The position numbers were made by a program, and so were the translations under genes. From NCBI GenBank assembly GCA_002633005.1, contig NMRA01000082.1:721988-785987 (forward strand): a stretch of 64,000 nucleotides of DNA, given 5' to 3'. This DNA comes from Phoronis australis. Lineage: Eukaryota > Animalia > Phoronida. Under the pieces are notes generated by a model that was not told where the DNA came from, did not search any database, and saw only the letters and a list, made by a program, of their open reading frames with translations. Shown piece by piece: positions 37,517-52,800 of the stretch. Numbering within the stretch: the first letter of the stretch is position 1; each line of letters opens with the position of its first letter.

Positions 37517-39759
37517 TCGCCTTCACATTGAGAATTCACTTAAAGCGTTTCAACTGAACTCGTGTTAACAGACCTTGTGTAAAAGGTCAATAGCCAGCGA
37601 TTCAGCTCTTTCAACGGTGAAACCATAGACTAGTACATGACTGCCGAAAATGTTCAATGGACGAATAACCCGTGACGCTATTATTCACTAACGATACCTG
37701 ACAAAATAAGCAAGAACATCGTCTGCTTATTTTAGTCCGCTGTTATGTGACTGAGCGCCAAAAGTACTTACAATATCAACAGTTTTATTGTTGGAAGACT
37801 TTGAACGAAATTATTTTTTGTTCGTTGTACTGAACAATAAAACAGATTTCCCGTCACAATAAACTAACCGGAAAATAAAATTGGTCATTTAGGAGAGTTA
37901 TGTCTCCTCTAGTATAGAACGGAAAAAATGTCGGAGTTGCGATTCTGGGCTGTGTTGCATAAATCTTCAAAATTATCCGCTGGATAAGTTTGATTGTTGC
38001 ATGAAGTCACGTAAATTGTTCAAAAACGTGACACGTGTTAATGCGAGGTCATTGTTGATATATAGCGTATAGCTTTTATGCATCTGGGCCCTGATGTCTA
38101 TAATCTATAGTGAAATGTAGCGTTTACGTTGCAATTAAGCTACAGTTTAAAAAAAAAAATTCTACACCACGTGGAGTTTATTAGTTTTTTGGGAGTGGCA
38201 TATCTGCAATTCGACGTTTCATGAAATTTCATCTGTGATGTGCTGAAGGTTGGTTCTTGACTCCTTTGTGTTCATCAATGTTTTTTTTAAATACTCACTT
38301 CATCTACCTGTATTGCAAATGCTGTTTTTTTCTACAACCTGGATTTGCCGCACAAAGTTTTTTTCTTTCCTATTTCATATAGCCTAGCCATTGTTAATCA
38401 TTGCCAGCCAGCTAATTGTATTAAGACTATCGTCAAAATACAGCTAGGTACCACTGTGTGTTAATGTTCCATAGGGCAGTTCTGCTCACAGACGCTCTAA
38501 TTTCCCGATCATGACTCATAACAATATATAAGAAACATAAAAGTTAGACACTAAACCTTTGCAGAGCCGAGGCTACCAACTTGAACTGTCCCAAATCCAA
38601 ATAAAACCTTCGTGCATCTTTCTCATCCTAATCTTTCCTTGACCCTATTAAAGTATCCCTGTGAGTGGTGAATTAGCAACGAAATTTCCAATACAATCTC
38701 AAAACTCAAGTACCAAAAATAGTTAACATGGCGGATTCCAGTTGCGCTTTAACTTGTACGCCTGTCGAACATAAAATTTCGAGTTTGAGCAACCAATCCA
38801 AATATAAAAGTCAAGAAATTTATCCCTAATTTAAATGAATGAGGTTACTAAAAAATTCTTTAATATCTGTGTAAAGTGTTTCTCATTATAGCTCATTTTA
38901 TCACTGATCGTAGAATTCAATTGCAAGAGCGGGCGTATCTTGTGTTTGATCTTGACATTATGTGCTCTTCATTCTTGAAGCACAACAGAAGTTCGGATTT
39001 TGGCGGAGATTTCCGATGTTTTACAACACGTTTAGTCGCAGTAAATCACCTATCGACAATTGCCGAATTTTAAAGTAGGCCAGAGTTTGTAGCCAGCAAC
39101 CCTGGTATTTCAATTATAAACAACGTTGTTTTACATAACCAGAGTTCCGTGTAGTTCCATGCATATTTGAGTAGAAAATTCTGAGCATACAGATTTTGAG
39201 TGTCCAAACTTTATGTTTTCTTAGTGGTGAGTTTGCGTTCGAGGAACAGATAAACCTAAGCGCCTGTGGTTCTGCTCGCGACCCCGCCTTGAAACTTGTA
39301 TCAATATGCAAAACTTAAGCAGGACGGGCTGCATAACTTTATCCATTACGACGGGCCCTGTTATATTTATATAGATAGACCCATCCGGTCTTTGGTGTAC
39401 CCAGTTACAAACAGAGACTTCGCTGATCAACCTTTACTGACAGATGTGCCCACTTATGATTATATTTTACATGAAAACACATATATTTATGTGGTTGTCC
39501 CCATTTTTGTCCATGAGAAGCAAAATTTCACTTAATAAGAAAAGTTCAAATTAAATAATAAGCTGTTTATCATGATTTGTGACCGATGTTCGTACGGTCA
39601 ACTTTTGTAATGAAATCAGTTTGCATGATGGTGCTTGATAAATTTGCAAAATTTACACAAATTATGGCCAACATTATTCAAATTTATATTTTTCTTATAA
39701 CGCTCTTACCAAGCATTGCAGAGATCTTTCCTGAATGTTTTCTCCACAACCATGATGGT

Positions 39760-40310
39760 AAAGATCTCCACCCTGCTCCTGCGTTGTATGGAGTGCACAC
39801 TGGAGATGGAAAGGGATCCATTCTTAAAATATTGAAAGACTGACACGACGTGTCAGCCATAGGTACTATTAATGCGCATTTTTCTGATGTCGTAAAACAG
39901 GCCACTAAACGTATGTGTGCCTGTTATGGATTGAAACGAATCGGGAAGTTGTCAGGAACCCGACTACTAGTATGGGAACGAAAAGCGGCAAGGGATATAC
40001 TTCGCCACCAAACTGTGTACCCAGCCACCGACAACGTTGGCATTTACAGGGAATGTAAACAGAGTCCATTACCAGTTGGTCACGTGGTGGAATGTCACTA
40101 ACACTAGATCCGGAGGACCATGGATGGAAAAAAGTTGCCACTAAACAAATCGCTCTCGCCATCTACAGGTCTCGATGGTGTCCAACTCACCCCTATGGCA
40201 TACTGGAGATGATTAGGTGTGGCTGAAAGGTCAGATACTATGGAATTCAAGTAGTTGCAGCGTCAGTTGTGTACCCTTCACTGGCCGTGTTACACTGGAG
40301 TATGATCACC
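39760..40310 (+). pseudogene. Decayed Academ-like transposase C-terminus (XPG/PIN-like + Cys-rich region)
   Basis: Frameshifted segments ATKRMCACYG, PKLCTQPPTTLAFTGNVNRVHYQLVTW, LDPEDHGWKK and LEMIRCG*K match the LPPT..AF...V.RAHYQ...W...DP...GW...IRCGC pattern. Confidence 0.55.
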
Positions 40311-40771
40311 ATCTGAGTGTTGGATTAAAGACACAAAACCCTCGGTATAATGGCTTAGAACCCGGTGGCCGACTGGAGACATCACGAATATAAGCCAGCC
40401 GAGTCAGTCATGAATATGGATGAGTATTTTATTAAATATCACAGACACTCCATGGAAAGAGCCACGAAGCATTCTGCTCTTAATATTCTTGTCATATTCA
40501 GTAACACAACAATAAGCCGTGGTAAATTCCTGGTGGTGCTTTGTTTCGTGTTATCACGGTGTCTTAGAATTTCAGGTGGAAAAAAACAGTTCAAGTGTCG
40601 TTTGAGTGGTAAGTATTTGAGTGAAACAGTTCTAGTATGTTTCAAAAGCAGAATTATCTGTAGCATGGGAGGGGCACATTATAAACCAAGTTCAAAGAAG
40701 GATTAACTATCTTAAACACGATATTGCTATGTAATTTGTTCCATTAACGCTCATTATAGGGTCGCCAACAG

Positions 40772-40844
40772 ATGGAGCATTTGTTTCGATGTGAAGCCTT
40801 GGCTGTGATGTGGCTGTTGTCAGTATCACTTTCGTTCAGTGCAG
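40772..40844 (+). CDS. Gene 2 first coding exon: signal peptide
   Basis: MEHLFRCEALAVMWLLSVSLSFSA then G|gtaatg (phase 1). A possible 5' UTR intron lies at 40609-40759 (gtaagt...ttatag). Confidence 0.7.
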
Positions 40845-43800
40845 GTAATGGCAAAATTTATGAGTCCTGAGTCTAACTCTCCAAATTCTCACTCGACCCA
40901 GTATCAAAGATGAAAGAAGCTTCTAAGCTGTTGTTTTGAAATAATTACACCTAGTGGATAGATATGTGTAAGTTTACACGAAGAGTAACGTGTAGTGCTT
41001 CATTTTTGAGTCGAAATTCGAATTAAGATATGCATTAAAATTAGATCTTGACCAGGGGCCTGTTTAAACAAAACTGACTTAGCTAAGAAAAATCATACAT
41101 TTTAGTAAATTTTAAGATCAATCTTAAATTTGTCTCGAGACCATTTCAAGAAAGTGATCTTGAGTTTAAATTAAGTTTTTGTTAAAATAGTTTTCTTACC
41201 GGATTTGGAAAATTCAAAGTTTTGAAGTTGAGACAAATCTTACACGTAAGTCAAAAATGAACTTTAGTCAGTTTCTTGGATCGAGCCCCTGTTGTCGAGA
41301 CCACAGATTACCAACGGAAGCGTCATGTTCGGTTGTTGTGGCAATTCAAAGCCTAGACAGCAGCGTAAAAAATTTTGACTTTCTGTGAGGCTCCCAATGT
41401 AAGATAATGATTTTAGGAGTTTAGCAGACCGACGCAGCGCTTCCATTTGAAAATAATTAAGTAAATTCACTAAATCAACGTTACGTTACAACTGCATTTT
41501 TAACTTGCTAAATGTTAAACTATTTGCATTTTTGTGGAGGTACATGTACATGTAACTAGCAATCAAAGTATTTAAAACGTCGACGTCTTTACTGAAAAGG
41601 TGATATGACGCCATCATTAATTGTTGCTAAGTTAAACGGTATATGCCACCAGCTGACTAATAAAACTATGCATCAAAATCCCACACGAAAGCTTTTCGTA
41701 GCCTCGTCAGTGATCTTTTTTCTAAAAATGGACACGTGTCTTTCACAGGGAGCGCTAGATTATCCGCAAACATTTTTTTTGCATGAGCAGTTATCCCGCT
41801 GCTTACAGACGCGTGCCGGGTATTTTTCTTTTAAGGTATTGAGCATGTAATTTCTTAAGCCCAACGGTTCTTAAAAATATAATGTTGCTAGTTTCTTGGA
41901 AACCATCTTAAGCGTGGTATTTGAATGTTCCATATGTTTTTAAGCTGTCATTTTTTGGGAGATAATGTTCCAAAACTTGGACATTTTCCTACACTAAACC
42001 TGAACAAACGGGATATTTCATTGAGGAAAGGATGGTCTCGTTGGGAATCAAAAAACTGTCAGAACTATTCTGTGGGTTTATGTTTTAACTGAATAAACTA
42101 AGTCTGTTGGACTGATATCGTCAAGCTACAAATTTCTGCCCTTCAACAACGTTCAACAATGCACTGGCTGCACGGCTAGGTGAGTTGTCGTGGTTGCATC
42201 AGTGATTTTACCGATATGGCGGAACAACGACGTCTTCAAGTTTAACAAGAGGATTGACGGCTAGTCATAATGATGTTAAGGTATACCTGCTAACAGTCCG
42301 ACTACGCTGCTCCTGCACTGTAATAATGTAACATTGTAATGCTAAATCAAGCGTGGCATTAAGTGCATCAAAACCAGGTAACTAGGGAAATTGCAGAGTG
42401 CCGTAGTGTAGACGTTTCTTGCGAAAAAATTATGTGGGCGAAAAACACAATTTCCGTGAACAAAGACCTCCGATAACACAAATGGATTTTGTTTTTGTCC
42501 ACATAATGATGAAATTTTGTGACAAGAATACTTTGAAAATTAGTGAAAATCTATTTTGAAATATATATATTTATGAAACCCAGTCTATTTTCCAGATTTT
42601 TTACATACTTTTCGTTTTACCTCGTGTCTCCAGATCGCGTTTTAAACAGTAGCCACTCTCTGATAGTAACCCTCCATTCTTTCAGTCTGCAGAAATGGAA
42701 CATTTGGAGCTAATTGCGCCGGGAAATGTCATTGCAATACTAAACTAGGGTTCAATCAAGGCTGCAACCCTTACACGTCGAAATGCTTCGAGGGCCACTG
42801 TGAGCGTGGATATATTGGGACTTATTGCGAAATTAACTGTAAGTGACCAACCGAACCAGCAGTAGTTCCTTTAACTTACATGTAGTCCCCCATTAGCAAA
42901 ACTATAACTGAAGTCGAGCGCGTCTTTTGGCATTAATTTGAAGTTTCTCTGCATGCTTTTGTGTTTTAGCGTTTTCACTGAGGAAAAATACAACAACGTG
43001 TCAGACTTGTAGGATTTACATTTTGCCAAGTAATGATGGATCGATAAAAGCAGAAATCAGTCTAAATGAGGAGTAGGAGACAACACAGTCTACTTTCTTA
43101 ATGCAAACAGTTAATATCCCCACGTCAAGAATTGCATTAGGTGTCTTAGCTGTTTTCCGACCTACATGTCCCGTTCAGATATATTTGAGATTAGTTGTCA
43201 GTACAGTCAAGCTGACACAATTTAAGTAACACGTGACTTCTCCACCTTTCTTGGCATTCGCACATGAACTGCTCCAGTAGACGTCACGAATAGAGCTCTT
43301 GAAGACGTCATCATTGGACGTCAGTAAGATGTGCTAGTACAGAACAAACGCTGCGCAGAATAACACTGCTGTTATCCCATAAGGTGCTGATCAGAAAGAA
43401 GATATTGGGTGGGAACATTGCTAAGAGAATAATAGAATAAAATCATGATGTAAAATTTAAAATTAAAAAGCTTATCTAGAAATGTGGATTAACAGAGCGA
43501 AGAACCATAAATTTGGACAATGCATAGGTATACTGATTTAAGGACAGCAAATTGTAATTGAGATGGTTCCATAGCACGGCACCAGAGTTGAAGAACGAAT
43601 AATTGCAATTTTCTTTTAATAGAAGTTGATATTGTCACTAGACCTGATACGTGCACACTAAACCAGAATACTTGTTGATTTTGTCATGATGGTGCTCAAG
43701 GGCCATGTTATGGGAACGTATGTGCATAGTTACAAGTATCTTGATGTTTCTGTACATCCGGATTAAGCCATCACGCTGTAGAGTATTATAGTCAGTTTGC

Positions 43801-46800
43801 AAAATAGCTATTTCTCCATATTTCCCAGTCTCTGCAATATGCATTGAGACTATTATTACAGAGAGTAGCACAGTGTGCCAATACCTCAAACGCTGCAGAC
43901 CATGGTCCTGTACTTTAAATTCAGTCACGTTAGAAGCAAGCTGTGGCGGATTTAGAGGGGAGCCAAGTTGGCCATGCCCCCAAAAAATTGTCCCAGATTC
44001 CATTTGCCAGTTCGGAGGTGCAACTGTCTGATCTGACGGCTAATAGTCTGCCCTGCCCAAACCCTAACTATAAATCCTGGATCCACCCCTATCAAGTGTA
44101 ATATCAAGCACTATCTCTGGTCATATCTCTGTCCATAATAATTAAACTACGTTTTCTCTAACAGCTCACGACTTTAACAAAAAAAAAGTCTTTCGGTCCT
44201 CAACAATACCGCCCCCCCCCCTTCCTGTATTCATATAGAAGGCTACTCCGGAAAGCAACGAAAGAGCAGGATGTCTACATTAATACAAAAGACCCCGCAC
44301 CTCATTCACTTTCTACCAGGATTCCTTTTATTGGTTATTAAGTCTCTTCTTCCTACACGCAAGGTTTCCCATATTGATATATGGCCCCCTTTTTGGTCGC
44401 TCTTGGGCATCATTATATTATTTTATACATCCATGCCCAAAGCGTCCTGCAGATTGGAAATCCGTGTTTTAATATACTGTACAGTACATGTAAGACTTCA
44501 GCATTTTGATGCCCTTGGAAGGAGGCGCCCTATATTAAAACAGGGCTCCTGGTCTTTAATAGTTTTTCGGCGAGGCCTTCACTTTGCTGTTGTTTTCGGG
44601 CATCGTTTATAAGTAAACACACACGCATCGGGACATGCGATTTGGTCACCTTTGGGTGGGAAACTTGTAACAATGCAGGAACCCCGCTATATCGCCGTTC
44701 ATCTAATTTAATGCAGATGCCCAGGTTATTGATGTTCGTGGTACTGAAGTTTGTCAAAAACAGAGCCCTTTTTTGTTAAATGTAGGGGCACCAGATCATC
44801 AGCCTCCTGGATACAAAGATCCCACAGAATGAATAATCCTAGAGTGACAGAATTTTGACGCTTCCTATGTTGTTTTTGGCAGCCTTCAAATCCATAGTAC
44901 TTAAATCAAAGGAAGCAAATCTCCGATTACACGGCACAGTAGGTTTCTGCTATCATTGGGGACACTCATGGACATCTTTGCCGCGCATGGAATTAAAGGA
45001 GAATGCCACCCGATTTAATTAGTCTTTTTTACCGTCTTAATCGGTCATATCCACATCGCCTCTTATACGGTCGGCCTCACCTTACCGAGAAGTGTCACGT
45101 TAACCTGCGTGGAAGGTGAGAAACGACGCAGAGACGTCAGTGGTTCGTCAGCAGAGTGAATGCCGCTATATTGCTGTGCATTGTTCCCGCTTGTCCGAAA
45201 TATGAAGCTGAGAAGAAAGCGGGTATATCGTTTTTTCGACTTTCTCGAGTGCCCGAAATGCTTAGGAAGTAGCTCGCCGTAGTGAAGAATGAAAGTATAC
45301 TGTTAATAGCAAGTACAGTGTATGAGGCCGTAAAACATCACCGTGTCTGTGGCCGGCATTTCGTCAACAGTGATTTCTCTGACGAATTCCGGCGTATCAA
45401 AGAACTAACCATACGTTCGTTCCGTTGCCTGTGAATGTTCACGCCGCTTCTCTAGTAATTCTTGATCAGTATACTCCGGTTCGAACTGATAGCCTGTGAA
45501 ACCTAACGATCCGACCTGTGAGGTCTTCGTCGGATGAGCTCTTGAATAAGTCGGGATTGGCGCGGGGTGAGTTGCCATGTAGACGTTTATTATTCTGCGT
45601 TCTGTTTCAAAATGAATTATTCTCATCCTAAAATGATCCTAACCAATCCTTATATGAAACTGAAACAAAATAAGTCTCGCCTTGCAGGGCTCGTGAGTGT
45701 AAACGTTTTGAAAAGCCAGCAATGAATAAACCACTGCATTACAGGCTTTTGATGCCGGCAACAAAGGTAATTGGCCGGGCACCAAGGTCGTGTAAGCGCA
45801 TCCTAATTCAGTGTTTGCTGACAAAAAGCTGTTGTAAAACAATCACTCGATATTATATGCTGTGGTCATATGTGAGAGAATCTTAAGTTAGAAATACAAA
45901 TACATTATTCGAATCATTGTTACTGTACAACCTTTACCCTGACGGTCTGTGGAAGGGGAACAACCCGACTTCGCGGCTCCTGACAAGTAAGTAGATTTTC
46001 AGTTTCGTGGCTAATTCACATAAATAAATGTGTGCACATTATTTCTTTGGCTCACTATTATAGTCTTTCCATGCCTGGAGGTTTCAAACTCACGCTGGTT
46101 TGTGTTCGTGCCAGTCCCGGCGGCCGCAACGGGCCTGATCGTGTTCCGAGCCACTGGCCGGGATAACGAGTCAGTCCGGCGCAACAGGCCTGATTGGGTT
46201 CCGAACCACTGGCCGGGATAACAAGCGTATTGTGTTGCTAGAACTCAAAAATCACAAATATAAACAGCACAGATCTAGGTCCTCCTGTCTGTATTTCACG
46301 GAAGCATACTTCAAATTTATCTCGGAACAGACCCAAACTCCTGCTGCGGACCTTGGTAAATTGACCTGCCGAACTTTGTAGGCTACGGTGTGTCCAAATA
46401 CCAGTTAATCCTTAACAGCGAAATAAAACCACACGTTTTTATAAGAACTCGGTGTGTTTTTAATTGTTTTAAATTAAAGTTTGATGATTTTTTTGTGTTA
46501 AACGTTGAATTTCAAACAGTAACCACTAATCCGTGTTGTGAACTGCCGAACAGACTACGTGTGAAACCACTTACGTCATTGGATATTTTCAACACCTTCG
46601 TCTGCCGTCAGGTGTCAGGTAACTCAACCGAACCTCCCGTTATCGAGTAGAACTACTCGATCTAATTTAATACAAAATAGGTTGTTTTTTGGGTGGCATT
46701 CTCCGTTAACTATTGTAGTATGAGGCAGTTAAGGCTTGAGGAGGGCTTGATCTTGGATTGCAGCCACTCCATCGACGGTGGGAATTTTTTTCACAAAACA

Positions 46801-49800
46801 TTTATGGTAAGAGTCTAATAATTACAAAATAACTATACACAGACATTTGTCAGCGTTATAATTGTACCAATGTCCATGTTTCGTTGAGCTTTTTTAATGT
46901 ACTATTCATTTTAGTGTATTCTGTATTTCCATAGCTTTTTTAAAACTCTAGTGACATCAAATTTTAACGTAATTTCATTCTGCATTTTACATTGATACAT
47001 GTTGATGATATTTTTCTGATCGTTTCTATGGAAATCATCACATAATTTTTTCACTACTGTCGCACAAGTCTGCATTCCAAAAATAAATGTAATAGAGTCT
47101 CTCTAAGCTCAGTGCAAAATATACACAACTCATCCACTTGTAATTTGATTAACGTTCAAAAAGACATTTAAGTTATATTACGACGCACAACTTTGAACTC
47201 CAAATGTGAATCTAACGTTAGAAGATTAGGTAACCTATTCAAGTTGGTCCTCTCCAAATCATCAACAGAAGTAAGGTTTATAACTCTAACCCAATGATTG
47301 TTCTGAAATCCCCTCGACCCCCACACCCCTCAACCCACGACCCCCTCGACCCACAACCCCCCTCGACACACGACCTGTGGTAATAGGAGTATTTGTGTAC
47401 TTTTTACGTATTTCACAATTGTAATACATGTACGTCGCTGAGTGACGTTCTCATCAGACGTATCTACACGCCAGTCTGCTCGGGCTCAAGTTTGGTGATT
47501 AAAAATAGAAAAAGGCGTGATAACGTGATCTCAAATAGTGCGTTGTGAGCCCGCTATCGTTGTGAAGGAAATAGTCCCACGATGTGCTACCAATGACTCA
47601 TTTCTACTTAAATTAGGAGATAGTCCGTTAACGTGAATATACGTAGTTTCACATTTTTATTATCTGCTTTCTGTTTCATACTCGTTTAAAATATTTTATA
47701 CCATGCGCGTTGAATCTGTCATGGAAAATAAGTGTACGGCCATATAATAAAGTTTTCCGTATTCACTTCCCGCACTACTTCAACAGTGACCTCTGACATG
47801 TAAAGTTCAAATGGTAGGTCAATGTCGACTCGACGTCTTCAGCCGGTTTGATCATCGTGAGTCGAGGGGGTGTGGGGGTGGAGGGGGTCAAGTGGCTTTC
47901 AGAACAATCCCTACCCCATTTCTGAGTCACATGCCTGTTTGGGGCATCCTTATTTCAGACAATTGTCTTCCTTAAGTTTGAATACCCCGTTTGAGCACTG
48001 ACAATATGCAACAGTGGAGTCGAAATTCGTGTGCATTTTTGTTTTACGTATACATGCATAGACTGATCAAGTGTATCTGTCCTAAATTTGGGGACTGACT
48101 TCACAAGCTTGTGTTGGTCCAAACACGCACAGTTTATACCAAATTTCCCAACATTCTAGTAAACCTCTCAACGTTCTTAGTCCTTTCATATATAGTGTAC
48201 ACGTACATGTACCACTGTTGAATGAAATGAAGTTTATTGTTTGTATTGAACCATGAGGACTGAGAAAGGGTATTCCTTAGCAAGAAGAAGAACCAAATCC
48301 CCATATTTTCAAAGAGTGATTTTAAACCTTGTGAAACTATTTTCGTCTTGGTGAAATGCTCTCCATATGCCAACAATGATGTTCTTTAGATAACCTGCAA
48401 TCATCGTATGCACGCAGTCATGGAACGCGTTGATCCGACTAAATTGCAATATCGAAAGTGGTTATCTGGTACTGAAACAGAATTCAATCTGCTCTTGAAG
48501 TATTTTAGGGTTTTTTAGTAAATATTTTATTTTTTGTTGATATCAAACCATTTTCTTTTGATTTCAAATTTCAAAAAAAACAAAGATCTTTCAACTGCTC
48601 ACCATGTCGTCGATTTTTCCCAAAAGGCAAAACACGTCTCATTTTTGGTATGGCAAAACATAGACGTAACACATTTTCCTGATGTGGAAAGTGTCACCTT
48701 TGACTTTAGGCGACATCAAGCAACAAACCGTGAGCGCAGCCGCGCATTTTTATAAGTGGGAGGGAAATTAAAAACTCTGTGGTAATCAGTTTTTCCTTCG
48801 CGTACACTTCAAAAATCATAAATGTGGTGATATGTTTAACGTAGAAAATAAATCTGAAACTAAATAAGGCGATCCAGATCCTCCCAAGGATACTATTGTT
48901 TCACGAAATATAAAACAACAAGAATGGATCAACTGACATTTTTGGATGTAATAACGTCCTTTGTCAACAGAAACAGAAATAAATTAAAATCAAACACTAT
49001 ACACTTGACATTTGAGATATGGTGTAAGGAATATGATACATTTTTGCGTAAAAAATTCAATGATATAATTAAGAAGTTTTTATGTTCAATCCATGAGGTT
49101 CCAGTGTATTGAAGAAAAGTGAATTACTGCATATTGGACGTTGAGAGATGATGGTTTCGTCAGAATTTTTCGTTCCGTACCTCTTTATGATGTGTTGTGT
49201 TAAATATATTCCAGCATTCCTCTGGGAAAAGATGTTTTTAAAGGAAGACCGGAGGGTAGCTGTAGTTGTTATTGACAGAAGGGAGGGCAGAAAATTTGTC
49301 TTCACGTGTACCTTAACGACAATCAAATGGAAAATATCTGGAGAACACGCCATTGCTATTGAAAAGTGGCAGGTGAGACTGTTGTCCATATATTCTGGTT
49401 CCAGAAAATCACCCTGATGCGTTGTAGCTACTACTACCTGTACGTCAAAATTGTGTTAAACTAGGCATTCATCAAACCATCAAGACATTTAATCTACCAA
49501 TACCACGATAATCGAATCTGCACGAAACCTGTGATGCACTCAAATAATGCAAGTACGAACGCTTACATACGAAACATTCGTAACACTCGGACGCCAAACC
49601 TGTCTCATATACTTTTTACAGTGTTGGAATAGTGTTCACATCCAAATGAACCATGTTTCAATGTTTTAAGTTGCTTAAAGTAACCAGTTCTATCTCTCTG
49701 ATATACTAAACTAAAGTTTGTGGAGCATTACCTCCAACTGCTTGTAACTTGATCGGTTTGTCTTAGCGAATCCTTACTACACTTTGAGATGTTTAATGTT

Positions 49801-52800
49801 TGTTTTGTTTCAAAGTGATTTCTCTACAGGGTACAGGCTTCAAGAAAATCAACAACAAGAAGGAAATGGAAACTCCGTATTTACAATCAGGGAGATTTAG
49901 CATCGTTGAGTATGACGTTGAATTCTCCAAATCTCGGTTTGCCTACCTCGGCAAAGTAAAGATGGCCATTTCAGGTATCTATAATTTTAGTTTTTTGACA
50001 ACGGCTGGAATCTAAATTCTCTCGCTTACCGGCAATCATCCTCACCCACTAACTTTGTCGCGGATAATTGTTCACAGTGGGAAATGTCACTGGAAGACGA
50101 TGTCTTTGGTCATCCATTGATATTTCAAAAGTTTTGCCCATTCTGTGATACATTAGTAAGTTTTGCCGGGCAGTAGGGAAAATTTGCCGGTAGGGAAGGT
50201 GTTAAAACGCATTTTAAAACATCAGGTTGAGACATCTTTATGAGGACGTTTATGAGGCGCTAGGCGCTTGTCCACCAAAGACCTGCTCGCCGTCTGACTG
50301 GTTAGTGAATTTCAATATGGTGCGACTATTTTGAAAGTCGCCTTTTTTACGACTATCTCAAAACGAAGACATGCACCTGATCCACCGAGAGCTGAGATAC
50401 GCTTAATGAAAGCACGGTCTCGAAGCCATCGACTAACTTCTTTGTTATTCCAGACGTACAATGTATCGGATTATTTAGATGGTCCTAGCAGAAGCTTTAG
50501 CAAAACACAAAACTATCACTGAAAGCATGCATTTTGCGATAACACGTGAAAGTAACTCTGGCCATAGTCAAGTCATAGAAAGTTTGCACTATTTGCCATT
50601 TATCGTCGTGAACATCGTCAGTGGATTAAGTAGATAAGCTAAAAACAACACCAGTAAACAATGGTGTTCCGATGATTATACTGTGGAATAACACCTCTTT
50701 ACCAAAATCAATATCTTAAAATTTCAAAACATGTCTGCTCGATTCCCCGGACTATCCTCAAACCCTAATGGGAAATTGATGCTATGCTTCGGAAAACTGG
50801 TTGGCTTGAAACAAATCCTCAGTAAAAAAATTACAGTCCTTAATCAAACGTTTGGCCAAGAAAAATAAACCAATTGACGATTCCGCGTTTTAAAATCGAT
50901 TCCAATGTTTGTAACCTGTGTAAACCATTCTCAAAGTAGCGAAGGACCTTATTGTCAACAATTTCCTGCGACCATGAACGTTTTGAAAATGGTCTCTTAT
51001 AGAGCCATTTTGTAATTGCAATGAAAGTCGTCGCGACATGGAGCAGACTGTGTGTACAATGTAATTTCATTTCTCATGAAGACGAAAACATTCGACGGCG
51101 GAGCAAGTTAAGTCATAGACAACATTACATCTAGCAACAGTGCGGACGTTCTCATGTCGGACTAATATTATTTCTCGTCACTAAGGCAGAGGTCTTCATA
51201 TTCTTCTAATAAATAATTATATCTCAGTTGTCTTTAGGATTAATAACTCTTGCATTATTATGGATTCTGTTTTTAGGACATACATATTTTGTTATATAGT
51301 TTTTTAACCTTACCAGTAAATGTTTGTACATGACAATGGTGTTCAACTTTTGAGACAAACCGAGTAATGGCTTTATCTCCAAATGCATTTGTGTAACGAT
51401 TATTTATTATAATGAGATTTATGGCACTCTGACATAAATCCTATTATTTGGGCAAATACCATTATAGAGCCCTTCATGCTTCGTATCCAACTGCTGGTTA
51501 GTTCCTACCAAGTCCGATGGTTGCGCTGTTTGTTCTTTCTCTCCAGCTTCCTGTTGGAAATTCACTAATAAACAGATTCCAGTCCGACGAAATAGTGTGA
51601 CCTGTGTACAGTCACAGCATGGAGACAAATACCTTTGTCAGTAGGTTGGCGATGAACTCATGTGCAGAATCTTGTGTCTGAGTTACGTATGAGAACATCT
51701 AGAAAAGGTATCTTATCATTCACAAATGTTTCATGAGTGAATTTTAACACTGAATGGTTGTCGAGCACAGTCTTAAACGATAACATTTCATCAAAATTAG
51801 ACTAGACGAAAATATCATCAACATATCGAACACATATAATTTAATCCTAAACGTAGGAAGTCAGACGTTCATCGTTATCAGGACTGTAATGAGAAATGTT
51901 GAGATAAGTAACACGTTCTTCCAAGAACTTTTAAGATTAAATTACCACACCAAGCCAAAATTCAGTTGTTACAGAAAGAAAGTGGAACTGCAAAATTTTG
52001 TATAACAACACTGTACAATTGGAAAAGGATGGATTTTTTTCAAACAAATTCTGACATTCGTGACCAGCTAAGAGCGGAAAGCACTAAGTGTTGTAGTAGT
52101 GGTTGTCAAGGCACTCCACCAAGTCGTCTCACTGATGCTGCCAAGCATTTAAAACAGAACAAAAATATTGTAATTCGTCGAGCTGATAAGGCAATCAATG
52201 TGTAATTCTGAGCAGCAATGGTTACTGTGACAAACTTACACAGTTAACAAGCGTTTCCAGTAAGTTTGAGTCTGTGAGTCGTACGCCCATACTTGATGTA
52301 GAAAGGGATCATAACAGTCATATCAATACGGTGAATAGACAAGCAAGTAAGAAGATCTTTAATGAGATCGAAGGTGATTTGTTTGAAAGTAATCTTCATA
52401 GCAACCCTAAGACGCATAAAGTTAATAATCAAATGAGACCTGTCACTTCTTAACACCTACATATTAAGTGTCTAAATCTATTGATCGGATTATATAGCCG
52501 TATATTCAAAGTCAGTATAGTATCAAGTCACGTGATGACTTCCTTGAGAATTTGCGTACCACTGTACCGATTACTGGCTGCCAACCAATGTCACTAGATG
52601 CAGAGTCGTTATTTACCAATGTCCCAATACTTGAAACCATAGGTATTATTATTAAAAATGTCTATAAGCATCCAAATTTGAAACCTCTTGAAATTTCTCA
52701 GGACATTCTTAAAGAAATGCTATTAACTTGAACTACTAAGGTACCGCTTCGACATGTAAATGGCAAACTATATTTGGAGAAAGAAGGTGTTAGTATGGGT

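Larger units (their letters stand above)
44997..46705. mobile_element. Kolobok-like DNA transposon, internally deleted, in gene 2 intron
   Basis: TTAA on both sides (44993-44996, 46706-46709). TIR aggagaatgccaccc / gggtggcattctccg. THAP remnant on +, KolX-like start on -. Confidence 0.75.

Noticed and set aside
46719-46806. Candidate Ig exon (LILDCSHSIDGG...|gtaaga)
   Set aside because: Phases do not fit, and 49215-49372 already supplies the B-strand Cys with correct phases.
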